This document shows, in pieces, positions 38,312 through 48,462 of a stretch of 64,000 nucleotides of DNA. Both the position numbers and the translations under genes were made by a program. Each line of letters begins with the position of its first letter. The stretch's first letter is position 1. Origin of the DNA: an uncultured delta proteobacterium (GTDB taxonomy: Bacteria; Myxococcota_A; UBA9160; SZUA-336); the NCBI GenBank assembly GCA_963704165.1, contig CAVPHD010000001.1:192001-256000 (forward strand), in the 5' to 3' direction. The notes beneath the pieces were generated by a model that was not told the DNA's origin, did no database searches, and saw only the letters and a list, made by a program, of their open reading frames with translations.

Positions 38312-39484
38312 ATGGCACTCGTGAGCGACGTTCCGGCGATCCACGGGTTCTGCGATCCGCGCTTCGAGGCGGTGCGCGACGCGCTCGCTCGGAACTTCCG
38401 TGAATACGGGGAGCTCGGTGCGGCGGTTGCGCTGACGGTCGACGGTCGGGTCGTCGTCGACATCTGGGGCGGCTTCGTCGACGAGGCGCGCACGCGCGCG
38501 TGGGTGGCCGACACGGTCGTGAACGTGTTCTCGGTCGGGAAGGCCTTCGCGACGGCGGCGCTGCTCGTGCTCGTCGAGCGCGGGCAGGTCGATCTCGACG
38601 CGCCGGTCGCGCGGTACTGGTCGGAGTTCGCGCAGGCGGACAAGGGGGCGATCCGCGTGCGGACGCTCCTCGCGCACCGCGCGGGATTGCCGGCGATCCG
38701 GCGCCTGCTGCCCGACGACGCGATCTACGACTGGAACCGGATGACGACCGAGCTCGCGGCGGAGACGGTCTTCTGGGAGCCGGATCGAACGCACGGCTAT
38801 CACGTGAACACGTTCGGGTTCCTGGTCGGAGAGATCGTGCGGCGGGTCCGTGGAGAATCGATCGGCGCGTTCGTTCGCCGCGAGATCGCGGGGCCGCTCG
38901 GCTCCGACTTCGGCTTCGGGCTCCGACCGGAGCACGCGGGACGGGTCGCGGACTACGTCGCGGGCGAGCTCTACAGCTCGGGCGCGCGCGAAGAGAAAAC
39001 CGTCGATCCCGAGCGGCTGACGCTTCTGCACCGCGTCTACGCGAACCCTGCGGGCCTCTCGGGAATGGGCACGGTCAACACCGCCCGGTGGCGCGCGTCG
39101 GAGATGCCATCGACGAACGGCCACGCGAGCGCGCGCGGAGTGAGTCGCATCTACACCGCGCTCGCGTGCGGCGGAATCGCCGACGGCGTGCGCGTGCTGC
39201 AGCGCGAGACGATCGACGAGGCGATCCGCGTGACGTCCTCGGGCGAGGACTTCGTCCTGCGCAGGCCGACGCGCTTCGGGCTCGGCTTCCAGCTGAGCCA
39301 GCCCGAGCGGCCGTTCGGCGTCGGCCCGCGCAGCTTCGGCCACTTCGGCGCGGGCGGCTCGCTCGGTTTCGCCGACCCGGAAGCGCGGCTCGCGTTGGGC
39401 TACACGATGAACCGCGCGGGGCCACGCTGGCAGAATCCCCGGGTTCGCGGCTTGCTCGACGCCGTCTCGAGCCTATCGCTGTGA
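38312..39484 (+). CDS. Serine hydrolase (paralog of 22500..23663)
   Basis: SVGK, HRAGL, HGYH, FGHFGAGGS. Confidence 0.92.
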   Translation: MALVSDVPAIHGFCDPRFEAVRDALARNFREYGELGAAVALTVDGRVVVDIWGGFVDEARTRAWVADTVVNVFSVGKAFATAALLVLVERGQVDLDAPVARYWSEFAQADKGAIRVRTLLAHRAGLPAIRRLLPDDAIYDWNRMTTELAAETVFWEPDRTHGYHVNTFGFLVGEIVRRVRGESIGAFVRREIAGPLGSDFGFGLRPEHAGRVADYVAGELYSSGAREEKTVDPERLTLLHRVYANPAGLSGMGTVNTARWRASEMPSTNGHASARGVSRIYTALACGGIADGVRVLQRETIDEAIRVTSSGEDFVLRRPTRFGLGFQLSQPERPFGVGPRSFGHFGAGGSLGFADPEARLALGYTMNRAGPRWQNPRVRGLLDAVSSLSL

Positions 39485-39516
39485 CCGACCCCGCAGAACC
39501 CCACAGGAGTCGAAAC

Positions 39517-40179
39517 ATGCGCCGCCTCTCGATCCCCGTTCTTCTGATCTGCGCCGCTCTCGCTTCCGGCTGTGCCGCGTCTCGCTCGCCGATCGAGGGC
39601 AGTTTCGACGGTCCCGCCGCGCGCAACGCGGGCGCCGAGAAGGTGAGCGTCGTGTTCGTGTTCCGGCACCTCGGGCAGCTGCACGGCTTCGACACGATTC
39701 CGAAGCTCCGGACCACCGGCGTGAAGGACTTCGACGACCTGTTCCGCGACGCGCTGCGCGAGATCAGCAACATCTCGCGCTACGAGACGTTCACGGAGCT
39801 TCCGGACGACGTGAACGACCCGAAGCGCCGCGACCAGCTCGCGAACGCGAAGGCCGCCATGGACTACACGATCGAGCTCGACCTCTTCGAGGAGTCGTCG
39901 TTCAAGCAGCAGTTCCTGAACGGGCTGGTCAGCTTCGTCAGCCTGACCGTGATTCCGATGCCCTACGACTGGGACTACACGATCCGCGCGGAGCTCCGGG
40001 ACGAAGCCGGCACGACGTCGGCGCGGTACGAGCGCAAGTCCACGCTGACGGATTGGATGCAGGCGTTCCTGATCGTCGTCTACCCCTTCTATCCGATCGA
40101 AGAGAAGCGGGAGCAGATCTTCTCCGAGTCGCTGCACGACATCTTCCGGCAGATCGAGTCGGAGAAGATCCTCAGGTAG
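39517..40179 (+). CDS. Hypothetical lipoprotein
   Basis: AGGAG RBS; lipobox ASGC; internal hydrophobic LVSFVSLTVIP. Confidence 0.75.
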   Translation: MRRLSIPVLLICAALASGCAASRSPIEGSFDGPAARNAGAEKVSVVFVFRHLGQLHGFDTIPKLRTTGVKDFDDLFRDALREISNISRYETFTELPDDVNDPKRRDQLANAKAAMDYTIELDLFEESSFKQQFLNGLVSFVSLTVIPMPYDWDYTIRAELRDEAGTTSARYERKSTLTDWMQAFLIVVYPFYPIEEKREQIFSESLHDIFRQIESEKILR

Positions 40180-40191
40180 GGAGCTCCGCGG

Positions 40192-41160
40192 CTACGGAAT
40201 CAGGACCACGCGGCCGAACGCTTCGCGGCTCTCGATGAAGGCGTGCGCGGCCGCGGCTTCCGAGAGTGGGAACGTGCGATCGACGACGGTGCGCAGCTCG
40301 CCGCGCGCGAGATCGCGCAGGATCGCGTCGAGCATCGCGCGCACGCGGGCGCCCTGGAACGCGACCTCGGCGCCGAAGAAGACGCCGGTGAGCGAGCGGT
40401 TTCCCGGTGCGAGCGGGGATGGGTCGAGCCGCAGATCGCCGCGGCTGACGTTGCCGACGGTGATCGCGCGCCCACGGTACGCCAGGCAGAGCAGGCTGCG
40501 CTGCAGCGTGTCGCCTCCGACGGCATCGACGACCAGGTCCACGCCGCGTGACTTCGTCAGATCGCGGATCGCGTCCGCGAAATCGACCTCGCGGTACGCG
40601 ATGCCGTGATCGACGCCGAACCCCGCGAGTCGCTCGAGCTTCTCCTTGCTGCCCGCCGTGGTGTAGACCACCGCGCCCGCGCGCTTGGCGAGCTGCACGC
40701 ACGCGAGCCCCACGCCGCTCGCGCCGGCCTGCACGAGCACGCTCTCGCCCGACTTCAAGCGGCCGAACTCGAAGAGGCAGTCGTGCGCCGTTCCCCAGGC
40801 GACGGGCACGCAGGCCGCGTGCTCGAAGGAGAGAGCGTCGGGCACGATCCAGGTCGCCGCCGTCGGCACCGCCACTCGCTCCGCGTGCGAGCCGTGCATC
40901 ATCAGCGCCGTGACGCGATCGCCGACCTTCCGGTCCGTCACCTCCGCGCCAACCGCGCCCACGACGCCCGCGCAGTTGTACCCGACGATGTGCGGCCGGG
41001 CGGCCATCATTCCACCCGCGCGGTTCAGCACGTCGCCTCCCTCGATCGCGATCGCCTTCACGTCGATCACGACGCCGTTCGGCGCGCAGACCGGATCGGG
41101 CACGTCCTCGTACCGGAACACCTCGGGCTTTCCCGTCTCGTAGTACACCGCTGCTTTCAT
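40192..41160 (-). CDS. Quinone oxidoreductase/MDR family
   Basis: VQAGASGVG, FPLSEAAAAH, GRVVL. Confidence 0.9.
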   Translation of the reverse strand: MKAAVYYETGKPEVFRYEDVPDPVCAPNGVVIDVKAIAIEGGDVLNRAGGMMAARPHIVGYNCAGVVGAVGAEVTDRKVGDRVTALMMHGSHAERVAVPTAATWIVPDALSFEHAACVPVAWGTAHDCLFEFGRLKSGESVLVQAGASGVGLACVQLAKRAGAVVYTTAGSKEKLERLAGFGVDHGIAYREVDFADAIRDLTKSRGVDLVVDAVGGDTLQRSLLCLAYRGRAITVGNVSRGDLRLDPSPLAPGNRSLTGVFFGAEVAFQGARVRAMLDAILRDLARGELRTVVDRTFPLSEAAAAHAFIESREAFGRVVLIP

Positions 41161-42572
41161 CAGGGACTCCTTCTCGCTCCCTCGCTCCAGAGGGGTGGGT
41201 GCGCGCCGAGCGGGGGCGTCGGCAGGTCCCAGCGCGCGGGGGTTTCGGAGAGTTCGACGATCGGCCCCAGGTGATGAAGCACACCGTACGCGGTCTCACT
41301 GCGCACGAGGAACGGGCCGAGTCGCTCGGGGTCGAGCCCCGCGCCGATGGTGCCAGCGCGTCGCATGCGCCCGAGCCACATCCCCGTCTGACACAGCGAC
41401 GCGCGCACGTGGTAGCTGCCGCCTTCGCGCGCTCGGCGTTCGAGCGCGACCATCGTTCCGAGCGCGGCGAGATAACCCGTGTTGTAGTCGGTGGCCGCCG
41501 CGGGCAGAAGCGCGGGAGTCGAGGCGCCGCCGTGCTCGTCCGCGATTCCCGTCACCGCCTGCGCGAGCTGCTCCCAGCCCGGGCGCCCGGCCCACGGCCC
41601 CTCGTGCCCGTAGCAGTTGATCGACGTGTAGACGATCCCCGGTCGGATCGCGCACAACGCCTCGGGACCGAAGCCGCGCTTCTCGAGCGCGCCACCGCGG
41701 TAGCCCTGCGTGAACACGTCCGCGTCGCGCGCGAGCGCGCGAAGTCGCGCGACATCGTCGGCCGAGTCGAGATCGAGGTATGCGGAGCGCTTGCCGTGGC
41801 TCGTGTCGATCACGAACGGCGCGACGAACGGGAGCTTCGGCGAGCCGATTCGCAGCACCTCGGCGCCGTGCGACGCGAGCGTGCGGCCGCAGGTCGGCCC
41901 GGCGAGAACCCGCGTCAGGTCGAGGACGCGAACACCTTCGAGCGGGCGCGCGGCCGGAGCGAACGGCTCCGGGGGACTGTCTCCGAGCTTGATCACCTCG
42001 ACGACGGGGAGCGTCGCGAGGGCACGACCCTGCGGGTGCGCGCTCCACTCGTCCGCGCTTCGCACCCGCGCGCCGCAGAGACCTCGCTCGGCGAGCGCAT
42101 CTTCGAGCGCCTGCCCGTCCCAGAGCGCGATGCGCTCGGCGACGACCGAGACATCCGCGTCGCAGCCGAGCAACGCGAGCGCCTTCGCCTGGCTGTCGGG
42201 AAAGCTGCCGTGGAGCAGGAAGTGGCCGCCCTCGCGAGTCGGATAGATGCCGGTGACGGCGCGCGCCGGATCGTAGCCGGGAATGCCGGCGGGGCTCTCC
42301 GCGCGTTGGCAGATGAATCCGAGCAGCGAAGCCGCCGCCCCGAAAACGTCGACGCGCACGCGCTGGCTCCGCCCGCTGCGGTGCTCGAAGATCCTCGCGG
42401 CTTCGAGACCGCAGGCCGCAAGCGCCGCGGCCGCGGCTTCCCCTACACGGAATCGCGTCGCCAGCACGGGATCCGCGCCGGTGATCCGCACCTGGCCCGG
42501 TTCCGGGGCGGACACACAGAGCTCGCGCAGAAGCGCTTCGAGGGTCTCGAGGCTCAGATCGCTCGAGCTCAT
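41160..42572 (-). CDS. Family III CoA-transferase (long N-terminal variant)
   Basis: VRVLDLTRVLAGP, DTSHGKRS, QGYR, ATDYNTG. Confidence 0.9.
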   Translation of the reverse strand: MSSSDLSLETLEALLRELCVSAPEPGQVRITGADPVLATRFRVGEAAAAALAACGLEAARIFEHRSGRSQRVRVDVFGAAASLLGFICQRAESPAGIPGYDPARAVTGIYPTREGGHFLLHGSFPDSQAKALALLGCDADVSVVAERIALWDGQALEDALAERGLCGARVRSADEWSAHPQGRALATLPVVEVIKLGDSPPEPFAPAARPLEGVRVLDLTRVLAGPTCGRTLASHGAEVLRIGSPKLPFVAPFVIDTSHGKRSAYLDLDSADDVARLRALARDADVFTQGYRGGALEKRGFGPEALCAIRPGIVYTSINCYGHEGPWAGRPGWEQLAQAVTGIADEHGGASTPALLPAAATDYNTGYLAALGTMVALERRAREGGSYHVRASLCQTGMWLGRMRRAGTIGAGLDPERLGPFLVRSETAYGVLHHLGPIVELSETPARWDLPTPPLGAHPPLWSEGARRSP

Positions 42573-43390
42573 GACTCACTCTCCTCCTCGAGACGGCCGC
42601 CGCAATCCCAGCAATAGCGCGCGGTCGGAAGATGCCCCTCGGTCGTGCAGTGTCGACAGCTTCGCGTCGTGATCGCCGTCGGCATGCGCGCGGCATCGAC
42701 GATGCCGGCGGTGATGATGCCCGTCGGCACCGCGATGATGCTGTAGCCGAGGATCATGACGACGGCGGCGAGGATCTGTCCGACCGGCGTGACGGGCGCG
42801 ATGTCGCCGTAGCCTACGGTGGTCATGGTCACGATCGCCCAGTACATCGAGATCGGAATGCTCGTGAATCCGGAGGCTTCGCCCTCGATCAGGTACATCG
42901 CCGATCCGACGATCAGGTCGAGGATCAGCACCGTGGCCAGGAAGACCAGCACCTTCGCGCCGCTCATGCGAAGCGACGTCAGCAGCAGATTCTGCTCGCC
43001 GAGAAACCGCCCGAGCTTGAAGACACGGAAGATTCGCAGCAGGCGAAGTGCGCGGATCACGAGCATCGAGTGCGCTCCCGGGAGCAGCATCGACAGATAG
43101 CTCGGCAGGATCGCGAGCAGGTCGACGAGCCCGAAGAAGCTGCGCGCATAGCGCAGCGGGCTCTCGACGACGACGAGCCGCGCGACGTACTCGGCGGTGA
43201 ACACGACCGTGAAGGTCCACTCGGCGATTCGCAGGGCCGCCCCCGCGTTGACACGCACCGACTCGACGCTCTCGAGCATCACCGCGAGCACGCTCGCGAG
43301 AATCGCGACGAGAAGCGCCACGTCGAAGGCCTTCCCCGCCGGCGTGTCGGCTTCGAAGATGATCTCGCGCCATCGCTCTCGCCGCGTCAC
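42569..43390 (-). CDS. Voltage-gated-type potassium channel
   Basis: S4 RALRLLRIFRVFK; filter TTVGYGD. Confidence 0.94.
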   Translation of the reverse strand: MTRRERWREIIFEADTPAGKAFDVALLVAILASVLAVMLESVESVRVNAGAALRIAEWTFTVVFTAEYVARLVVVESPLRYARSFFGLVDLLAILPSYLSMLLPGAHSMLVIRALRLLRIFRVFKLGRFLGEQNLLLTSLRMSGAKVLVFLATVLILDLIVGSAMYLIEGEASGFTSIPISMYWAIVTMTTVGYGDIAPVTPVGQILAAVVMILGYSIIAVPTGIITAGIVDAARMPTAITTRSCRHCTTEGHLPTARYCWDCGGRLEEESES

Positions 43391-43408
43391 GGCCCGAAGA
43401 GTACTCGA

Positions 43409-44065
43409 TCAGTGCCAGGCGCGGTTCGCCTGCTCGGCGGCCTCGTTCATCGGTCGCGCGAGAAGCCCGGACGGGCTGATCGTCACGCGATAGCGGGCGC
43501 CGTCGGCCATCGGCAGGTAGACCGCGCTGCCGTAGAGCGCATCGATGAACGGGTTCCAGCGCGGATTTGCGCGCGAGAGTGCCCAGAGGTCGATTGCGGG
43601 CGGAGTCTCGAGCGAGTGGACGCTTCGGGGCGACGTGCGCTCCTCGGTCACTTCGCGGTAGCGCCCGCTGACGCGGTCGAGGCGATAGCGGGGATCGAGC
43701 CCGAGCAGGGTCGCGAACCCGCGCCACTTGATCACGCGCGCGTCGAGCTGCCACTCGTCGCCGTGGAGCGCGAAGCTCTGCGCCGAACCGGTCGGCTCGC
43801 GCGTCAGCGTCGCGCGGAAGAGCTGCGGCCCGATCGCTTCGAACACGATCTCCGCGATGGGCTCCTCGTGCGTGAGCCGTGCGTAGCCGTGCAGGTTCGA
43901 CGAGACCACGAAGAGCGCGGCCGCTGCACCGATCAGCAGGATGCCCGAAACGGTGGAGCCGGTGGCCGCGAAGATCCGGATGCGCAGAAGGTGGCGGAGC
44001 GCGGCGAGAAGCGAGAACGACCCGAACACCGCGAGCACGAGTGCGATCAGCGACTCCGGTCTCAT
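43409..44065 (-). CDS. Conserved hypothetical membrane protein
   Basis: Two N-terminal TM helices; GDEWQLDARVIKW, YRLDRVSGRY. Confidence 0.72.
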   Translation of the reverse strand: MRPESLIALVLAVFGSFSLLAALRHLLRIRIFAATGSTVSGILLIGAAAALFVVSSNLHGYARLTHEEPIAEIVFEAIGPQLFRATLTREPTGSAQSFALHGDEWQLDARVIKWRGFATLLGLDPRYRLDRVSGRYREVTEERTSPRSVHSLETPPAIDLWALSRANPRWNPFIDALYGSAVYLPMADGARYRVTISPSGLLARPMNEAAEQANRAWH

Positions 44066-44068
44066 GGC

Positions 44069-44701
44069 TCAGCCAAAGAGCGGATCCGCGCTCGCTCTCC
44101 AGCCGTCGAGCGCCTCGATCCGGCCGAGCCACGCATCCAGGTTGGGCCACGCACCCGACGGAAATCCCGCGTACCGGAAGTACGTCGTCATTCCGGCGAC
44201 CGACAGGTCCGCGATCGTGAGCTTCGATCCGCAGAGGAACTCCCGATCCGCGAGCCGCGCATCGGCGAACTCGAGCACCGGCGCGATCTCGCGGCTCTGC
44301 CAGTCGGGCGGCGCCGTCGGTGCTGGCACGGTGTCGGGCAGGAGACGATGGCCCACGCACGGCGCCAGGAGCCGCGTGAGCGCCGGCTGCCACGCCGACG
44401 CCTCCCAGAAGAGCCAGCGCAGGACCTCGGCGCGCGCGCGCGGCTCCGCCGACCAGAATCGCGAGTCCCCGTACCGCTCCGAGACGTAGACCAGGATCGC
44501 GTTCGACTCGCAGAGCGTGAGCTCTCCGTCGACGAGCGCGGGGATCTTGCCGAGTGGATGGATCGCGAGGTACGCCGGATCTCGGCCTTCGCCCCGGTAC
44601 ACGTTCACGTGTCGGACGTCGGGCTCGAGCCCAAGCTCGTGCGCGAGGGCGAGGGGCTTGCGGCCGTTCGCCGACAGCGTCGTCGTGTAGAGCGTGAACA
44701 C
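44069..44701 (-). CDS. Glutathione S-transferase family
   Basis: SANGRK, HPLGKIPAL, ESNAI, TIADL. Confidence 0.9.
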   Translation of the reverse strand: MFTLYTTTLSANGRKPLALAHELGLEPDVRHVNVYRGEGRDPAYLAIHPLGKIPALVDGELTLCESNAILVYVSERYGDSRFWSAEPRARAEVLRWLFWEASAWQPALTRLLAPCVGHRLLPDTVPAPTAPPDWQSREIAPVLEFADARLADREFLCGSKLTIADLSVAGMTTYFRYAGFPSGAWPNLDAWLGRIEALDGWRASADPLFG

Positions 44702-44702
44702 G

Positions 44703-45692
44703 TCAGTTCCTTCGAGCGGATGCCAGCTCCGGCTTCGTGATGCGCGACGGAATTCCGTAGCGGCGCTGGCCGATCGCTTCGACCGTCGCCCAATCGACCT
44801 GTGACGACCGCTTTCCCGCCGCGCGCAGGACCTGCTCGCGCAGGGTCTTCGGAGCCGCGACCTCGGGGAGTACACCGGTCTCGTCGAGCTCGAGCGACTG
44901 CTCGGCCTCGGGATTCACCTCGAGGTAGAGCGCCCCGGAAATCCAGCCGAGCTTCACCGGCTCGTTCACGACGCGAACCACGGTGCCGGTCGCGACCCGG
45001 GCGTACAGCTCGGCGATGTCGTCCGGGTAGAGGCGGATGCAGCCTCGGCTCGAGTGCCGGCCGACGCCGCGCGGATCATTCGTGCCGTGGATCAGGTACG
45101 AAGGCCAGCCCAGATAGAGCGCGTGCGCGCCCAGCGGATTCTCGGGTCCGGGTTTGACCTGCGCAGCCAGCGTCGGATCGTCCCGGCGCGCGGATTCACC
45201 CGGAGTCCAGGTCGGATTCTCGCGCTTCGACTGGACGGTCGTGACACCCATCGGCGTCGCGTAGCCGTCCTTGGCGATGCCGATCGGGTACGAACGCACC
45301 CGACCGCCCTTCTCGAAGTGGTACAGGCGCAGGTCGCCGAGGTTCACGACGATCCCCTCGCGCTTTCCGCTCGGAAGCAGCCGTGCCTCCGGAATGACCA
45401 GCCGCGTGTCCTTCGGCGGCAACCACGGGTCGATGCCGGGGTTCGCGGCCAGGAGCTCGACGTACCCGACGCCGAGCTCGGGCGCGAGGTCGATCAGCGT
45501 GTCCTCCGCCTTCGTCTCGCGAAAGCTGAGCCGTCCGACCAGATCGGCCGAGTACGGCGGGTTCTCGAGCAGGTAACGCGACTGCGGTTTCGCGGGACTC
45601 CGAAACAGATCGCCGACGCAGGCCGGCAGGCCGATCGACACGATCAGCGCGAGGGCGGTACTACGGGCGAATCTCGATCGGCGTTCCGTCAT
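44703..45692 (-). CDS. ErfK/SrfK-type L,D-transpeptidase (LysM-like + YkuD), lipoprotein
   Basis: Lipobox LPAC; ANPGIDPW, PGPENPLG, IHGTN...SRGCIRL. Confidence 0.92.
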   Translation of the reverse strand: MTERRSRFARSTALALIVSIGLPACVGDLFRSPAKPQSRYLLENPPYSADLVGRLSFRETKAEDTLIDLAPELGVGYVELLAANPGIDPWLPPKDTRLVIPEARLLPSGKREGIVVNLGDLRLYHFEKGGRVRSYPIGIAKDGYATPMGVTTVQSKRENPTWTPGESARRDDPTLAAQVKPGPENPLGAHALYLGWPSYLIHGTNDPRGVGRHSSRGCIRLYPDDIAELYARVATGTVVRVVNEPVKLGWISGALYLEVNPEAEQSLELDETGVLPEVAAPKTLREQVLRAAGKRSSQVDWATVEAIGQRRYGIPSRITKPELASARRN

Positions 45693-46138
45693 CGACGAGC
45701 TCCCAAATCTCCTCCATCTCGTCGTCGGTCACCGCGATGCAGCCGTTGGTCCAATCGAATTCGCGGTGCGCGTCCCCGACCCAGCTCTCACCGTCCGGAA
45801 GTCCGTGGATCATGACGCCGCCGCCGGGATCGATGCGAGCGCCGCGTGCGAAGTCGCGGTCCCACTCGTTCGGATACGAGATGTGGATCGCTCGGTGGAA
45901 TTGACTCTGCTCGATGCGCCAGTCGAGAACGTAGCGCCCCTCGGGTGTGCGACCGTCGCCGTTGCGCCGCTTCGCTCCCTTCGGATTCGCGCCCAGGGCG
46001 ACTTCGTAGTCGCGCAAGACGCGATGGCCGCGCAGGAGCAGCAGGCGCCGCGGCTCCTTCAGGACGAGAACGAAGTCCGCCTTCGCGGGCGGCTCCAGCC
46101 ACTCGCTCGGGATCGGAACCGACTCGACGCGCTCGTTC
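45661..46138 (-). CDS. YkuD-family enzyme, YafK/DpaA-like; start unresolved
   Basis: GDGRTPEGRY, ISYPN, GGGVMIHG...WTNGCIAV. Confidence 0.85.
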
Positions 46139-46405
46139 TTACTTGTGGAGCGACCGTTGAAAGATGCGGTCGGCCTTCTCGCTGGCCTTCCGCGCCTCCT
46201 CTGCCGCCGCGGCGGCTTCCGCACGCGCGGCCGCGGCATCGGCGGCCGCTGCAGTCGCCTTGTCGTTGGCTTCGTTCGCGACTCGAAGCGCTTCCGACGC
46301 GTCGCTGCGCGCGGCGGAGACATCCGCGGTCGTCGCACAGCCGGCGGTGGCGAGCAACGCGATCAGTGCTCCCGCCAGAACTCCCTTGCATCCAAGACGG
46401 CTCAT
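46139..46405 (-). CDS. Lpp/OprI-like alanine-zipper lipoprotein
   Basis: GAGGAG RBS, lipobox TAGC, Ala-rich coiled coil, ends KADRIFQRSLHK. Confidence 0.88.
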   Translation of the reverse strand: MSRLGCKGVLAGALIALLATAGCATTADVSAARSDASEALRVANEANDKATAAAADAAAARAEAAAAAEEARKASEKADRIFQRSLHK

Positions 46406-46494
46406 TCGGTCTCCTCAAGTTTCGATCCGATCCTACGGCACGGAGCGGCGCTCACTCTGTGACCGCCCACACCGGGTATCGAGATAGCACGCCG

Positions 46495-48363
46495 TCACGG
46501 CATCGGCCGGGGACAGCTCGACCTCCCGGAATGCGCGAGCAGGATGCGCCGCACCTCTTCGATCGACTGTGGCGTGGCCTGCATGCCGGAGTGGGGGCTG
46601 TGCACGATCAGCTCCGATTCCACGGGCTCGATGTGGGCGCTCTCGTACTTGACCACGCCGTCCCCGGCGGACTCGAGCGGGCTGTCGTCATCGACCGAGA
46701 TGATCGAGTGGACCCGGACCTCCGGGCCCACCGGAATCGACGCGAGCTCTTTGATGAACCGGTTGCTCGGAGACATGTTGTCGATGCTGGTCGGGATCTT
46801 CCCGAGCGTGATGCCGGTCGCGCCCGCGGGCGCCATCTTCGCGAGATCGGGTCCAAGGCGAACGAGGTCGCTCGGAAGCCGGACGAGGCTCTGTGCGAGG
46901 CGCCGCACGATCTGCGGACCCGCGAGATAGCTGCCGCGGTGGGGCGTGGCGAGGAAGATCACTTCGGTCACGAAGGGAAGTGGCTTCACGAACGCGACGT
47001 TTCCGATCAGCTCCTTGTCGGCGGGCGGAAGCTTCACGTCCTCGAACTTGGCGCTCGAAAGACCCCTCCAGAACCGATCGCCCGAGTCGATCACCGTGAG
47101 CTTCGTCAGCAATCCCCCCTGACTGTGCCCCAGCACCACCATGTCGAGCGCGCAGGGATCGTCTCCCTCCGGGTTCATCCGCTTCTCCGCTGCCATGAGC
47201 GCTTCGCGGAGTCGCCAGCCCGAGTAGCCGATGGGATTGCCCGAGTCGTAGCTGAACAGCCAGAAGGCGTAGCGATTGTGCAGCCGCGGGTCGGCGAGCA
47301 GATCGTTGATCATGTCGGCCCAGCGCGCGGGACTCGACGCCGTTCCGTGTACGAAGACCACCGGGATCAGGCCCTTCTCGAAGGGTCGGAGCGCGAAGAG
47401 AGCGCTCTCCCTGCGAATGCCGAGCGCGTTGCCGAGGAAGGCCTGGAGCTCGACCTTCCAGAACTTCGACTCCGCGAGCGTCGCGGCCAGCGCCGCGGTC
47501 GGCTCCGCCTCGAGCGGTGTCGGCTCGCCGCCGATCGCGATCCGATCGGTGTCGAATCCGGCGAAGAGCTCCATTCGACCGTGCAGCTCGCCGCTGCGCA
47601 GACCCGCGAGCGGCGCGTCGATCGCCAGCACCGCCGTCAGCGGCACTCGCATCGCCGGGGGAACCGGAACGACCGGCTCCACGCCGGGCAGCGGCGTGGT
47701 CTTCGCCGCGAGCGGTGCACCGATGCCCGGTTGGCGGTAGCGGTTGCGAAGCCCCCTGACTTCGATGTCGGCCACGGGCTGAAGGTCGTGAAGCACCGAT
47801 CCATCGAACTCGAGGAGATCCGGCGAGACCGACACCGACATGTGTCCGAACGGCAGATCGATCTCACCGTCTCCTGAGAGCGCGAGCGTTCCCTGCTCGG
47901 TGCGTTTGAACGCCATCGTGAGCGCGCGGTTGTACAGGTTCGCGGCGATCCGCTCGCGCGGATCGAGGCGGCCGAGCGGCGCGCGCCCCTCCTCGGGGAA
48001 GAGCAGCGCCCAGGCGTAGACCACCGTCGCCGAGTACGAAGTCTGGGTCCGCGATTTCTCCGCGTAGAGGAAGGAGAGCTCGGCCAGGGCAAAGAGGGAG
48101 TCCGTCGGAAAGTCCTGCTCGCGCGCAACCGCGTGCAGCTTCGCGAGGGCGTCCACGGGATCGTCCTCGTAGGCGCCGAGGAGCGCGCGGGCCCGGAGCT
48201 CGTTCAGCGAGAAGTCACTCGGATTGTCGTCGGTGAGCGCACTTCGCGTCAGTTGACGCTGCACCTCGCGCGGATTCGCGATCCGAACGCTGATCGGGCT
48301 CGCGCAGCCGACCGCGAAGACCAGGAGGGCACACACCGCCGCGCAAGTTCGAGTCTTTGGCAT
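46495..48363 (-). CDS. Alpha/beta-hydrolase lipoprotein (esterase/lipase)
   Basis: Lipobox AVGC; VHGTASSP, GHSQGG, GDGVV.Y.SAH. Confidence 0.88.
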   Translation of the reverse strand: MPKTRTCAAVCALLVFAVGCASPISVRIANPREVQRQLTRSALTDDNPSDFSLNELRARALLGAYEDDPVDALAKLHAVAREQDFPTDSLFALAELSFLYAEKSRTQTSYSATVVYAWALLFPEEGRAPLGRLDPRERIAANLYNRALTMAFKRTEQGTLALSGDGEIDLPFGHMSVSVSPDLLEFDGSVLHDLQPVADIEVRGLRNRYRQPGIGAPLAAKTTPLPGVEPVVPVPPAMRVPLTAVLAIDAPLAGLRSGELHGRMELFAGFDTDRIAIGGEPTPLEAEPTAALAATLAESKFWKVELQAFLGNALGIRRESALFALRPFEKGLIPVVFVHGTASSPARWADMINDLLADPRLHNRYAFWLFSYDSGNPIGYSGWRLREALMAAEKRMNPEGDDPCALDMVVLGHSQGGLLTKLTVIDSGDRFWRGLSSAKFEDVKLPPADKELIGNVAFVKPLPFVTEVIFLATPHRGSYLAGPQIVRRLAQSLVRLPSDLVRLGPDLAKMAPAGATGITLGKIPTSIDNMSPSNRFIKELASIPVGPEVRVHSIISVDDDSPLESAGDGVVKYESAHIEPVESELIVHSPHSGMQATPQSIEEVRRILLAHSGRSSCPRPMP

Positions 48364-48462
48364 GAGCGATCAGACTAGCCGCACCTCACGGGGTATGCGA
48401 CGAGAGCCCCCTGAACGGGTCGCGAGCCTGCCACCCGAGGGACAGCCTGCTAGAAATGCAGC

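Noticed and set aside
48370..48460. Possible cobalamin riboswitch (gagcctgcc) upstream of DUF1302
   Set aside because: Region too short, and the other conserved elements are absent
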